A DNA stretch of 28,571 nt from a virus (IMGVR_UViG_3300045988_100739:1-28571); one strand, 5' to 3'. Counted from the first letter of the stretch, positions 6,315-14,427 are shown. Notes: generated from the sequence alone by a model not told the origin. Translations and numbers: made by a program.

Positions 6315-7187
6315 CTACGGCCTCGGGTTCCACGGGTACTTGGAGCGCGGGAACTGCCGCTCTGTTCCCCCGGCCGCGACCCACTCCTTGGTGAGCCTGT
6401 CGGCCTCGACGTATTCAGGGACCCCATTCTGGACGCACCAGTCGTAGTGGGCGCAACAAGAAGACGGGAACCCTCCCTTGCCCGTGGAGTTCATGTAGTC
6501 CTTGATGAGACGTTCGCGCGGTGACCTCTCCGCCGCACCGACGTATGCCTCCCCGACAGGGGCGGTGCAGGAGGCGTCGGACTTCACCGAGCCGGTCTGC
6601 TGGTCCTTCCTGATCCATTTCGAGATCGTGAGGCGGTAGTTCCTGTACAGCTTGCCGGACTGCTCGCAGTACTCGTCTACCTTGGTGATGTAGTCGCGCC
6701 AGAACCCGGGGAACTGCTCATCGAGTTTCGCCGCGTCATCATCCGACAGAAGCACGTGACCGAACTCGCCGAGCTTGTGCCTTCTATCTCTAGCATTATC
6801 ACTATTCTTATTACTAGTTATATCCCCTATATTATTGGGTGATGTTTCATCACCAGTTACTGGTGATGTTTCATCACCAGTCCGGTGATGTTTCATCACC
6901 AGTGATGTTTTATCACCGGTGATGTTTTTGCACACCCTGTAGGCGCAACCCTGACCCGTCCTGACCTTCTCGACGAGTCCCTTGTCCGTGAGTTTCTGGA
7001 GCACATTGATAGCGTTCCTGCGGGCGATTCCGCACCAGTCCGCGACGTACTGGGTGGAGCCGGTGAACCAGGACTCGCCGTCCTGCGAGAACCCGTAGAT
7101 GAGCGCGTATGCGACGAGTTCCGATCCCTTCAGGCCCAACTCCTCGACCATGAACGGCCTGAGAACGACATACGATTCCGTTTGCAT
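6315..7187 (-). CDS. Replication initiator / replisome organiser (lambda-O-like). It has an N-terminal winged-helix domain, a repeat-encoded linker and a C-terminal domain.
   Basis: The N-terminus ELGLKGSELVAYALIYGFSQDGESWFTGSTQYVADWCGIARRNAINVLQKLTDKGLVEK resembles phage replisome-organiser/DnaD-like DNA-binding domains. The linker TGDETSPVTGDETSP is encoded by DNA iterons. ATG 7187 with AAGGAG 6 nt upstream. Confidence 0.5.
   Translation of the reverse strand: MQTESYVVLRPFMVEELGLKGSELVAYALIYGFSQDGESWFTGSTQYVADWCGIARRNAINVLQKLTDKGLVEKVRTGQGCAYRVCKNITGDKTSLVMKHHRTGDETSPVTGDETSPNNIGDITSNKNSDNARDRRHKLGEFGHVLLSDDDAAKLDEQFPGFWRDYITKVDEYCEQSGKLYRNYRLTISKWIRKDQQTGSVKSDASCTAPVGEAYVGAAERSPRERLIKDYMNSTGKGGFPSSCCAHYDWCVQNGVPEYVEADRLTKEWVAAGGTERQFPRSKYPWNPRP
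6838..6929. repeat. Array of 4-5 palindromic iterons GGTGATGTTTCATCACC (starts 6838, 6862, 6884, 6902, 6918) inside the initiator gene, flanked at 6781-6840 by a strongly AT-rich tract. Putative origin of replication.
   Basis: Seen directly in the sequence. Each unit is a perfect 7-bp inverted repeat (GGTGATG/CATCACC) with a TTT spacer. The adjacent 60-bp AT-rich run is the lowest-GC patch in the genome. Confidence 0.65.
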
Positions 7188-7198
7188 GACCACTCCTT

Positions 7199-7245
7199 AA
7201 AACAACAAACCCGCCGGGTAGATTGCGCCTACCTGACGGGTTTGT
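7199..7245 (-). terminator. Intrinsic terminator-like hairpin plus T-run between the Hjc gene and the replication gene. It lies in the leader just upstream of the initiator RBS.
   Basis: Minus strand ACAAACCCGTCAGGTAGGCGCAATCTACCCGGCGGGTTTGTTGTTTT, then AAGGAGtggtcATG. Confidence 0.5.
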
Positions 7246-7329
7246 CACATCACCCTCCGCCTACCTAAACGGAGCTGTATTACAGACCTGCTGGGAAACA
7301 GGCGTGATAGCTATGTGCGGGCGCAATCC

Positions 7330-7338
7330 GCGTGTATC
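7330..7338 (-). promoter_or_regulatory. Extended -10 element TGATATAAT (minus strand), candidate promoter for the replication/recombination operon. An 8-bp perfect inverted repeat GGGCCGCG/CGCGGCCC (7358-7389) lies just upstream.
   Basis: TGnTATAAT matches the extended -10 consensus. No good -35 is present. The same 9-mer recurs at 25904-25912. Confidence 0.35.
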
Positions 7339-7415
7339 AATTATATCACACGGAGGCCCGTAGGGCTGGGCCGCGTGTGGTATGGGAGACTCGCGGCCCG
7401 TCTGTAAGTATAGCA

Positions 7416-7763
7416 TCAAATGAGGCCGAACTCGGTGAGGGCCAGAAGTTCCCAAGGACGTTTGCCGGTGCCTCGACGATTGAGGATGCGGTAGAACTCC
7501 ACGCCTCTCGTCTTGCCGTCGGGCCTCTTCGAGATAATCGGTTCGGCCCCGGCTTTCAGGCAGTAATCGAGGAACTCGTCCCATTCATTCGCGGAAATGG
7601 CCCCGTGGAGCTTGGCTTGGATGAAGTAGGCCTTGCCCCCACGGACGGCCCAGATGTCAGCCGGCGTCCTCGATGCGTACGACCGCATACACGTGAAGCC
7701 CTTGGCCTTCAGCGCCTTGATGGTCGAATACTCGAATGCTCGGCCCTTCTCGTACGGTGTCAT
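7416..7763 (-). CDS. Hjc-type Holliday junction resolvase (PD-(D/E)xK nuclease), 115 aa.
   Basis: GRAFEYSTIKALKAKGFTCMRSYASRTPADIWAVRGGKAYFIQAK shows the E...D...QxK catalytic arrangement of archaeal/phage Hjc resolvases. Confidence 0.55.
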   Translation of the reverse strand: MTPYEKGRAFEYSTIKALKAKGFTCMRSYASRTPADIWAVRGGKAYFIQAKLHGAISANEWDEFLDYCLKAGAEPIISKRPDGKTRGVEFYRILNRRGTGKRPWELLALTEFGLI

Positions 7764-8878
7764 TACTGCTCCTTAATCTTGAACGTGTACGCCGCCATGC
7801 GGTCGTAGCGCGTCCTGATTCCCGCTTTCCTGCTAGCCTGCTCGTATTGGGCTATCTTGCGGTCGAGCTGGGCCTGAAGCCTGTCGGTCGGCTGGCCCCC
7901 CGAGCGGAGGATGGACATAGCGCCCTTGATCCTGCGAACGTCGTTCTCCTGCGACCGCTGCCACTGGGTGAACTCGTAGGCGTTCAGCTCTCGCCCGCTC
8001 TTGAGCTTGAAACCCGTGGGCCTCGTGGCGGCGTCGCGGAACTCGCGGAGGCGCTGCTCGTCATAGGTGGTTCCAGCCCCCAAGATGCACGGCAGCACGT
8101 CGTGCTTGCAGTTGCAGCCCTCCCCGATGGGTCGCTCCAGACCGCCCTGAATCTGCTCGAACTTCGCCTTGGGGTACTCGCGGCCCTGATAGGGCAAATG
8201 GTCGGGAGCGCACATCATGTGGGCTGTAATCTCGACTCCGTCCGCGCCGAACAGCTCGCCCTGCGCCTGATTGAAATCGTTCGAGCTCTTGTGCAGGGCG
8301 TCTCGCACGTTCATCTCGACCGCGCTCCAAAGCTCGCGCGTCTGCCCGGACGTGTACATGACCTTGATGCCCTGACCGGCGAAGCGGTTCACCACGTCGG
8401 CGATGGCCTCTTGGGTGCCCATGACCGGAATCTTCGCGATGACCTCTTGGCACAGGTTAAGGTAGCCCTGCTTGAACGGCACCAAGTTGCCCTGATTGTC
8501 GTACAACATGAACACGGACGTGCGAAGACAATCGAGAATCGAGGCGTTGACGCGTGACTTGCCCGACTTGAGCACCCCGGCGAGAACCTCGTTCCCTGAG
8601 GTCTTGACCGGATCGAGTCCCTTCATGCGGTAGAACTTCGCGGCCCTGCGGTCTGCCTTCTCTGCGGCCTTCGTCACATCGACCGCCGCCTGCTCGCCCA
8701 AACCACCGCGAAGCGTCTTCAGCATCCGGTACACGACCGCCATGTCGAGCGCCGTCCATCTCGCCGCGTCCGCCGGGGTGGAGTCCTCGTCGGCGTCCCT
8801 CAGCCGCTGGGCCAAGAGGCAGAGCACCGCGACCTCGAATGCCAAGGTCGCGCGTCCGTAGAAGTCGTCGCTACTCAT
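7763..8878 (-). CDS. Head morphogenesis / minor capsid protein (Mu F-like, SPP1 gp7 family).
   Basis: The conserved ...TAHMMCAPDHLPYQGREY...PIGEGCNCKH block is typical of Phage_Mu_F. It sits immediately after the portal gene, with an 8-nt overlap. Confidence 0.65.
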   Translation of the reverse strand: MSSDDFYGRATLAFEVAVLCLLAQRLRDADEDSTPADAARWTALDMAVVYRMLKTLRGGLGEQAAVDVTKAAEKADRRAAKFYRMKGLDPVKTSGNEVLAGVLKSGKSRVNASILDCLRTSVFMLYDNQGNLVPFKQGYLNLCQEVIAKIPVMGTQEAIADVVNRFAGQGIKVMYTSGQTRELWSAVEMNVRDALHKSSNDFNQAQGELFGADGVEITAHMMCAPDHLPYQGREYPKAKFEQIQGGLERPIGEGCNCKHDVLPCILGAGTTYDEQRLREFRDAATRPTGFKLKSGRELNAYEFTQWQRSQENDVRRIKGAMSILRSGGQPTDRLQAQLDRKIAQYEQASRKAGIRTRYDRMAAYTFKIKEQ

Positions 8879-10268
8879 CGAGGCCGCCGATCAGCGTCCC
8901 GAGGTCGTCGGCGTTGTCTTCCTTGATTGCGGTGACGCGGTCTCTGGCGACCTCAGGCGTCTCGTTGAACACGAGCATACGGTAATCGACGGCATCGGAG
9001 CCGCCGAAAGCCTGACCCGCCACGATGGCGTTCAGCTGGTCGGAGAAGGTGTTGATGTAGTCGTTCGACCACTGGTACTCGACGTGGTACTCCCCAACGG
9101 CACCGATTCCGTAGTAGTTGAGCAGCGTGTCCCAACAGACCACAAGTTCGCTCAACATGCCCTCGGCCACGTTTCGCGCCGCATTGACGAAGGCTTGAGT
9201 CTTGCGCATGGACTTACGCACGTTGTCCACGTTCTCGTAGCCGGTGCTGTTGGGGTTGGAGAGGATGCCGTGCGAGATTCCGACGGCGTTCTCGACCTTA
9301 CGGTACTGCTCCTGCAAGCCGTCGAGGTACGGCTGGAGCTGGATGGAAGGCGCCCATTCCTTGAGCGTCGGGGCACCCCCGTCGGCGAGCGACTGGAAGA
9401 GGCGCTCCTTGCCCTTGGGCAAGTCCACGACAGCATCGACGATGTTGCCTTGGCCGTCACGCTTGTAGCGCTTATGGAACAGCGAGCGGTCGGCGAAGAC
9501 GGCCTTCTCGGAAAGCTCGAACTCGCTGTGCATCTGCGAATCCAAATAGTGAATCTCCTTGATGGGCTGCGACGCGCCGAAGCAGATGGGCGTTCCCTTC
9601 TGGGCGTTGGGGTTGCGCGGGTCGAGGGCGAACGAGCGGTAGCGGGCCACGAGCAATCGAGGCGTGTTCGGCACGACCCACTCGTCCTCGTTGTGCTCGG
9701 CCCAGTCTGGGAAGTCCGCGAGCGTGAGGCTCGACATCTGCTGGTCGCGCATGATGTATGTCTTGTAGCGCGTCGCCATGGCCTGCGTGCCGTCTACGGC
9801 CGTGTAGGGAACCAGCTCGACCTTGCGCATGAGCGTGTAGACGGTCGAGGTGTTCTTCATGGTCTTCTTGTCCACGACGTAGATTACGCTCGTTAGCTCG
9901 CGCCCGTTCGCGCCCAAGATGGCGAAGTTGCCAGAGTCAACGACGACATTGTCGAAGCCGTGCCCGTTCCAGCTCGGCACGATAATCGCGTCGCCGCTCA
10001 GGAAGGCCATGCTCATGGCGTTGGTGAAGTAGTTCAACACGAAGTCGCGCGCCGTCGCGTCCAGCTGGGCCGCACGCTGCCCTCCCACGACCGGCATACG
10101 GAAGTCCGACGTGACGAGCGTAGCCAAGGACTCGCAGATTTGGCTCTCGACCGAGCCGACCGTCCCCTTGTCCGCCGCGTCCGAGTATGCCTGCTGCGGT
10201 TGGACGCCCTGAATGCGCTTGCCGATGGCGGCCGCGAGCCGGTCGAGTGCGCTGTTGAGAAATCCCAT
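8871..10268 (-). CDS. Portal protein, 465 aa.
   Basis: Size and position fit (directly after the large terminase, before the MuF-like gene). GGGAGGT RBS. Confidence 0.6.
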   Translation of the reverse strand: MGFLNSALDRLAAAIGKRIQGVQPQQAYSDAADKGTVGSVESQICESLATLVTSDFRMPVVGGQRAAQLDATARDFVLNYFTNAMSMAFLSGDAIIVPSWNGHGFDNVVVDSGNFAILGANGRELTSVIYVVDKKTMKNTSTVYTLMRKVELVPYTAVDGTQAMATRYKTYIMRDQQMSSLTLADFPDWAEHNEDEWVVPNTPRLLVARYRSFALDPRNPNAQKGTPICFGASQPIKEIHYLDSQMHSEFELSEKAVFADRSLFHKRYKRDGQGNIVDAVVDLPKGKERLFQSLADGGAPTLKEWAPSIQLQPYLDGLQEQYRKVENAVGISHGILSNPNSTGYENVDNVRKSMRKTQAFVNAARNVAEGMLSELVVCWDTLLNYYGIGAVGEYHVEYQWSNDYINTFSDQLNAIVAGQAFGGSDAVDYRMLVFNETPEVARDRVTAIKEDNADDLGTLIGGLDE

Positions 10269-10297
10269 ATATACCTCCCGCTTAGGTGTCTATGCAA

Positions 10298-11503
10298 TTA
10301 TACGGTGCCGTCGAGCTGCTTGCGGTAGATTGTGCGGACGAAGTACCGGATCGCGTCCATGGCGTGGTCGTGCTCCTTGATGACCTTGGTCTCGGCGGTC
10401 GAGGAGTCCCAGACGTACTGCCCGAACTCCTCGACCGCCTCCTTGCACCGCTCGCAGACCTTGAGCCGGTCTAGCTGGATGAGGTTGTCCACGTTCTGGA
10501 TACCGGGCACGACCTCGTTGTCTGCCTGTATGACAGTGAACAGGCCGTCGGCGCGCATCTCCTCGATGAATGACGAGGCCGACGGGTCTACGACGATCGA
10601 CTCGACGTCGTAGCGCGAGATTTTGGCCTTCAGCTCCTTGTAGAGCATGGCGTCGGTCTTGCGGTAGCCCTTCTCGCGCGAGTCGAAGCTGTACTCGTCG
10701 AAGGCCACGACCGCGCCGCCCCTGACCGTCCAGAGAAGCGCAGCGAACGGGTTGGTGATGCCGTAGTCGATGCTCACCCACACCGGCGCGTGCTCGGGAA
10801 TCTCGAACAGCGGAATGTCCGGGATCACGGCCTGCTCGAGCGCGGTCTGGTAGACGAGGCCCTCGGCCTGCGTCCAAAGCCCCCGGATGTAGCGGTCATA
10901 GAAGACGCCCGTGTACTCTCGGCAGAGCTGCTCGACGTAGCTCTTCGGCAGATACGGGTTGTCGAAGATTGTGTAGTGCTGTCGGTAGATGTCGAGGTCC
11001 TTGCGGTCGATGAACTGCTTTAGCCAATGGCGAGGCCCTTCCGGGTTCAAGCCCGCGTGGCACTCCGAATACTCGAATGACAGGCGGGACTTGAGCATCT
11101 CGAAGACCTCCGGGTTGATTCCCGCCGCCTCGTCGATGTAGCAGAACTTCACAGCGGAGCCTTGGAGCTTACGTTTCTGCGTGGCCTTCTCCGCTCCAAG
11201 GCAGTAGCACCGCTGACCGAACAGGTTCACGGTGTTGTCGGGGCCTCCGATCGTCCCGACCACGCCCTCGCCGAACTGCTCGCGCATGGGAACCAGCACG
11301 TTGCGCTCGATGTTTCCGAGAGACACGCCCATTAGGAGGTTGATTCCGTCCAACCCCACACCGTGCAGTATCCGGTCGGGAATCGTGAAGTTGTTCGCCA
11401 GCCACGACTTGCCGGATCGCACCGCGCCCTCGGCGAAGTTCCACCGGTGATGGGCCTCGCGCACGTACTCCTTTTGCTTGTCCGTGAGGCTAAACGACGG
11501 CAC
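10298..11503 (-). CDS. terL: Terminase large subunit (ATPase plus nuclease).
   Basis: Walker A-like AEGAVRSGKSW. C-terminal nuclease motif VIKEHDHAMDAIRYF. Apparent GTG start overlapping the terS end. Confidence 0.85.
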   Translation of the reverse strand: MPSFSLTDKQKEYVREAHHRWNFAEGAVRSGKSWLANNFTIPDRILHGVGLDGINLLMGVSLGNIERNVLVPMREQFGEGVVGTIGGPDNTVNLFGQRCYCLGAEKATQKRKLQGSAVKFCYIDEAAGINPEVFEMLKSRLSFEYSECHAGLNPEGPRHWLKQFIDRKDLDIYRQHYTIFDNPYLPKSYVEQLCREYTGVFYDRYIRGLWTQAEGLVYQTALEQAVIPDIPLFEIPEHAPVWVSIDYGITNPFAALLWTVRGGAVVAFDEYSFDSREKGYRKTDAMLYKELKAKISRYDVESIVVDPSASSFIEEMRADGLFTVIQADNEVVPGIQNVDNLIQLDRLKVCERCKEAVEEFGQYVWDSSTAETKVIKEHDHAMDAIRYFVRTIYRKQLDGTV

Positions 11504-11906
11504 TGTCGCGCACCGCCTCTGTCATGTCCCTGATGGCCTTCAAAAGCTCCTCGTTGCCGTCCTCCGGCTTGCGCTGGCAGCGCCCGAATTCCTGCGGGTA
11601 TGCTCGCTCCAGATACCAGGCTGACGCCTGCCACTGCCCGTCGTTCGCGGCCCTCGTGATGTTCTGCAAATGGAAGGCCTTGCGCATCGCCTCGGCCCTG
11701 CGGTACTCGTGGGCGAACTTCACGTATTCCTCGTCGTCGTCTCGGCCCCGGATTCCGTCCTCGCCCCATGAAAGCCAATTGAAAAGCGTGGACGGATGGA
11801 TGCCGACCGCCTTCGCGACGTCCGTCGTCGAGAGGCCCGCGCGTACGAGCTTGATGATCTCGCGCCGGTTCTCTGCCGTGAACTTGGTATTCTTCTCCCG
11901 TGCCAT
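11490..11906 (-). CDS. terS: Terminase small subunit (HTH-containing).
   Basis: The N-terminal HTH IIKLVRAGLSTTDVAKAVGIHPSTLFNWL is typical of TerS. It lies directly upstream of terL. Confidence 0.65.
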   Translation of the reverse strand: MAREKNTKFTAENRREIIKLVRAGLSTTDVAKAVGIHPSTLFNWLSWGEDGIRGRDDDEEYVKFAHEYRRAEAMRKAFHLQNITRAANDGQWQASAWYLERAYPQEFGRCQRKPEDGNEELLKAIRDMTEAVRDSAVV

Positions 11907-11920
11907 GGCTCACTCCCCTT

Positions 11921-11949
11921 AAAGCAAAAGGGACGGCCTGAACCGTCCC
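11921..11949 (-). terminator. Intrinsic terminator immediately upstream of the terS RBS, with no intervening promoter.
   Basis: Minus strand GGGACGGTTCAGGCCGTCCC followed by TTTTGCTTT, then AAGGGGAGtgagccATG. Confidence 0.55.
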
Positions 11950-11984
11950 GATGTAGGTCTATTAGATTGTACCGTCTGAAGCCC

Positions 11985-12140
11985 TCAGATGCCGTTTTTA
12001 GCCCGCTTCACCGCTTTGGCGAGCAACCACACCGGGAGCGCGAGGAACGTGCAGATAACGCCGATGTAGGCGAGCAGCACGAAACGCAGCACTCCCCACC
12101 ACCAACCGATGAGAACCCAGTAAAGGCAGCCGTGCCGCAT
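11985..12140 (-). CDS. Small membrane protein (51 aa, Trp-rich TM: MRHGCLYWVLIGWWWGVLRFVLLAYIGVICTFLALPVWLL...).
   Basis: Its ATG overlaps the upstream stop (TGATG). Strongly hydrophobic. Lies downstream of the endolysin. Candidate holin/spanin-like or superinfection-exclusion protein. Confidence 0.4.
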   Translation of the reverse strand: MRHGCLYWVLIGWWWGVLRFVLLAYIGVICTFLALPVWLLAKAVKRAKNGI

Positions 12141-12307
12141 CAGTACATCACCTGCGTATAGTATGCCGAGGCATAGGCTAGGACGGTGAACGCCGCCCAT
12201 GCCGCCGTGACGCCGATGCTCTTCTTGTCCCATACCGACGTGAGCGCATTGCAGGCCCCGACGCACACCATCACGAGCGACGCGAGCTGAACCGTGAACT
12301 GCTCCAT
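12140..12307 (-). CDS. Small 2-TM membrane protein (55 aa: MEQFTVQLASLVMVCVGACNALTSVWDKKSIGVTAAWAAFTVLAYASAYYTQVMY).
   Basis: Its ATG overlaps the upstream stop. It sits inside a larger spurious track ORF (12140..12613). Confidence 0.4.
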   Translation of the reverse strand: MEQFTVQLASLVMVCVGACNALTSVWDKKSIGVTAAWAAFTVLAYASAYYTQVMY

Positions 12308-12579
12308 CAGTTTTCCTTCCCCGTGTAATAAGGCTTGCCGTCGACGAAGTAGTGGATGCCGTCCAGCTCTGACTTGAGCGCGTACCGGCCGCAGCTGTAG
12401 GCCTGCTCGACAGCCGCCGAGTAGACGCTGCGTGCGTAGCCGAAACGGTCGACGAGGTACACGCGCCCGGGGTCGGAAGGCGACTCGTACGTGGTCTGCC
12501 ACTGACTGCCGTTGAACAGCGCGCGGCCGTCCTCGCGGAAGTCCTCCACCTTGCGGTCGTTGACGTTGAATGCCTTCAT
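12307..12579 (-). CDS. Hypothetical protein, 90 aa (MKAFNVNDRK...), expressed from promoter cassette P3.
   Basis: ATG 12579 preceded by GGAGCA. The track's TTG start at 12591 is less likely. Confidence 0.4.
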   Translation of the reverse strand: MKAFNVNDRKVEDFREDGRALFNGSQWQTTYESPSDPGRVYLVDRFGYARSVYSAAVEQAYSCGRYALKSELDGIHYFVDGKPYYTGKEN

Positions 12580-12611
12580 TGGGTGCTCCAATCTCGATGT
12601 CCGACAAACTC

Positions 12612-12640
12612 ATAATACAACTACTGTATCAACTTTGCAA
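12612..12640 (-). promoter_or_regulatory. Sigma70-like promoter P3: -35 TTGCAA (12635-12640), 17-nt spacer, -10 TATTAT (12612-12617).
   Basis: TTGCAAagttgatacagtagttgTATTAT shares the -35 and the first 12 nt of the spacer with P1 and P2. Confidence 0.55.
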
Positions 12641-12644
12641 CACT

Positions 12645-12681
12645 AAACCGAAAACAACGCCCCCCGGCAGAACCGGAGGGC
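12645..12681 (-). terminator. Intrinsic terminator T3 downstream of the endolysin gene.
   Basis: Minus strand GCCCTCCGGttctgCCGGGGGGC followed by GTTGTTTTCGGTTT. Confidence 0.5.
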
Positions 12682-12746
12682 ATCGGAAAGGAGCAGCGCC
12701 GACGGCGAAAGGCACGCAGAAAGACCGCCGGCGCACTGGGATTGTA

Positions 12747-13706
12747 CTACTTCGCGTAGAGTCCCGCAGCCAGGGCCTTGCCGATGGCTACGTTTGTGTT
12801 CGGGCCGTTGTACCCGTCCGCGCCGTCAGGCCCGACCGAGATACCGTGCGCGATGAGCCACTGCTGGTGACGCTTGATTGTACCGCTGCTCATCTGGCGG
12901 GCCTGAACCCCGCAGAACTCGGGATAGATCTTGCAGCCGACCTTCTTCTGGAGCGCCAAAACCATATCGGAGCCGACGCCCTTGCCGGTCTTCGTGAACT
13001 CCACGCCGCCGTCGGTCGCCCAGAAGTAGGGCTTGTTGGAAAGCCACTGGCCCGACATGATTCCGTCAACCGTAGTTCCGAGCTGCCTCTGCAATGCCCT
13101 GTTGAACTTCGGCCCCCAATAGCGCGTGTCGCCCAAGTCGGGGTGAGTGTTGTCCTTGACCTCCGTGTTGGAGCCGTTGAGCACCTTCCCGTCAGACTTC
13201 CATACCAGTTTGCCGTTCCACGGGTAGCTGTAGTACGGCTTGATGTTGGACTCGCGCCCGTTCTGATCGCCCTTTGCGCCGGTGATGGTGCCGTTCTCGC
13301 TGATGCTGAACTGTGCCAGCAGGTCGCCGCGCGCCGATCCGTAGCCGGAGATACACACCGCCGTGTGGTGCACCTCGTTGAGGTAGATGTCGCCGCGCTT
13401 GGCGCTTGCCTTCCCCATGGCCTGCCAGACGAACAGGCCGGTCTTGAGAAGCTCGGACTTCATGTTGCCCGTGTAGGTGGCCCCGAACGTGTTCACGCCC
13501 ACCGCTCGGAGGGCCGTGATTACCGCCGAGCTACAGTCACGGTCGCCGCCCGCGATCGTCACGGTCGCACCGTCGGACAGACTTATGGTCTCCGTGGTTC
13601 CGTCACCCATGCGGTTATATTGCGAGTATCCGTGCCCCGTGCCGCCGTTGTGGGTGCAAAGGTGCTCCATGACTTGGGCGAATGCCTCGCGTTGAGTGAT
13701 TGCCAT
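12747..13706 (-). CDS. Endolysin: N-terminal peptidase/amidase-like catalytic domain plus C-terminal peptidoglycan-binding (PG_binding_1-like) repeats.
   Basis: Likely ATG 13706 (AAGGAGG RBS). The track's longer ORF is an over-extension. GHGYSQYNRMGDG...DCSS suggests a Cys-His peptidase. The C-terminus LQKKVG...VGPDGADGYNGPNTNVAIGKALAAG fits a PG-binding repeat. Confidence 0.6.
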   Translation of the reverse strand: MAITQREAFAQVMEHLCTHNGGTGHGYSQYNRMGDGTTETISLSDGATVTIAGGDRDCSSAVITALRAVGVNTFGATYTGNMKSELLKTGLFVWQAMGKASAKRGDIYLNEVHHTAVCISGYGSARGDLLAQFSISENGTITGAKGDQNGRESNIKPYYSYPWNGKLVWKSDGKVLNGSNTEVKDNTHPDLGDTRYWGPKFNRALQRQLGTTVDGIMSGQWLSNKPYFWATDGGVEFTKTGKGVGSDMVLALQKKVGCKIYPEFCGVQARQMSSGTIKRHQQWLIAHGISVGPDGADGYNGPNTNVAIGKALAAGLYAK

Positions 13707-13718
13707 AATTGCCTCCTT

Positions 13719-13750
13719 AAAGCAAAGGGCCGCAGGTTGCCCCGCGGCCC
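13719..13750 (-). terminator. Terminator-like hairpin plus TTTGCTTT between the holin and the endolysin RBS.
   Basis: Minus strand GGGCCGCGGGGCAACCTGCGGCCC followed by TTTGCTTT, then AAGGAGGcaattATG. Confidence 0.45.
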
Positions 13751-13809
13751 GGTCGGTGCCATGCCCCGCGTAACGGTCTCGCGGATGGGGCACCCGGAAC
13801 GACCACCCC

Positions 13810-14112
13810 CTAGCCGAGGTCGTCATACGTGAGCGCCCGCTCGGAATCTCCCACGCCCTTCGTGGTCGGGTCGGTCACGACGCCGAGGATTGCGAGGACC
13901 GCGAACAGCGCGTTGATGATCGCCGCGAGCTGTTGGTTCAACACGACGAAGTCCCACGTGTAGCCGAACGGTGCGGATACCGCCTGAACGAGCAACAACA
14001 CCGCCGGTATGAGCGTGAGCCAGAACGTCTTGTTCTTGATGCGAATCTGCCAGTTGATGTCGTGCTTCTCCGGCTTCTCTTTCTGGAACTCCGGGAAACC
14101 TCGGTCTGTCAT
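13810..14112 (-). CDS. Holin (2-3 TM; phiLC3/TIGR01598-like).
   Basis: NKTFWLTLIPAVLLLVQAVSAPFGYTW...AAIINALFAVLAILGVV. AGGAGGT RBS. Sits directly upstream of the endolysin. Confidence 0.55.
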   Translation of the reverse strand: MTDRGFPEFQKEKPEKHDINWQIRIKNKTFWLTLIPAVLLLVQAVSAPFGYTWDFVVLNQQLAAIINALFAVLAILGVVTDPTTKGVGDSERALTYDDLG

Positions 14113-14121
14113 GTTTACCTC

Positions 14122-14427
14122 CTAGAACGGGTGCAGGCCCAGTGCCCACACGATGTAGGCGAGCAACGCCGCCACGGTGCCGTTGATGAGCGTGTTCACG
14201 ATTGCGTCCCAACGCTTCGCGCCCTCTTGGGCTCGGGAATCGACGCGCTCGTACAGCTTCGCCACGTCGGCGCGGGTCTCCGAGCACGCGGTCTGGATCT
14301 GGGCCAAGATGACCGAATCGTGCTCGCGGCTCAATCGCAAGGCGTCAAGCTCCCTGCCGTGGGCCGTGACGCGCTTGTCGAGCGTCTCGATGATCTGCTT
14401 TATGTACTCGATTCCGGCTTCGTCCAT
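14122..14427 (-). CDS. XhlA-like lysis-associated protein: coiled-coil N-terminus plus C-terminal TM, about 101 aa.
   Basis: Likely ATG 14427 (AGGAGG RBS). MDEAGIEYIKQIIETLDKR...NGTVAALLAYIVWALGL. The architecture and its position before the holin resemble PBSX XhlA. Confidence 0.4.
   Translation of the reverse strand: MDEAGIEYIKQIIETLDKRVTAHGRELDALRLSREHDSVILAQIQTACSETRADVAKLYERVDSRAQEGAKRWDAIVNTLINGTVAALLAYIVWALGLHPF

Noticed and set aside
11950-11984. TACAAT -10-like hexamer downstream of the small membrane gene, as a promoter for terS.
   Set aside because: No acceptable -35 at 16-18 bp. It sits upstream of a terminator, not downstream.
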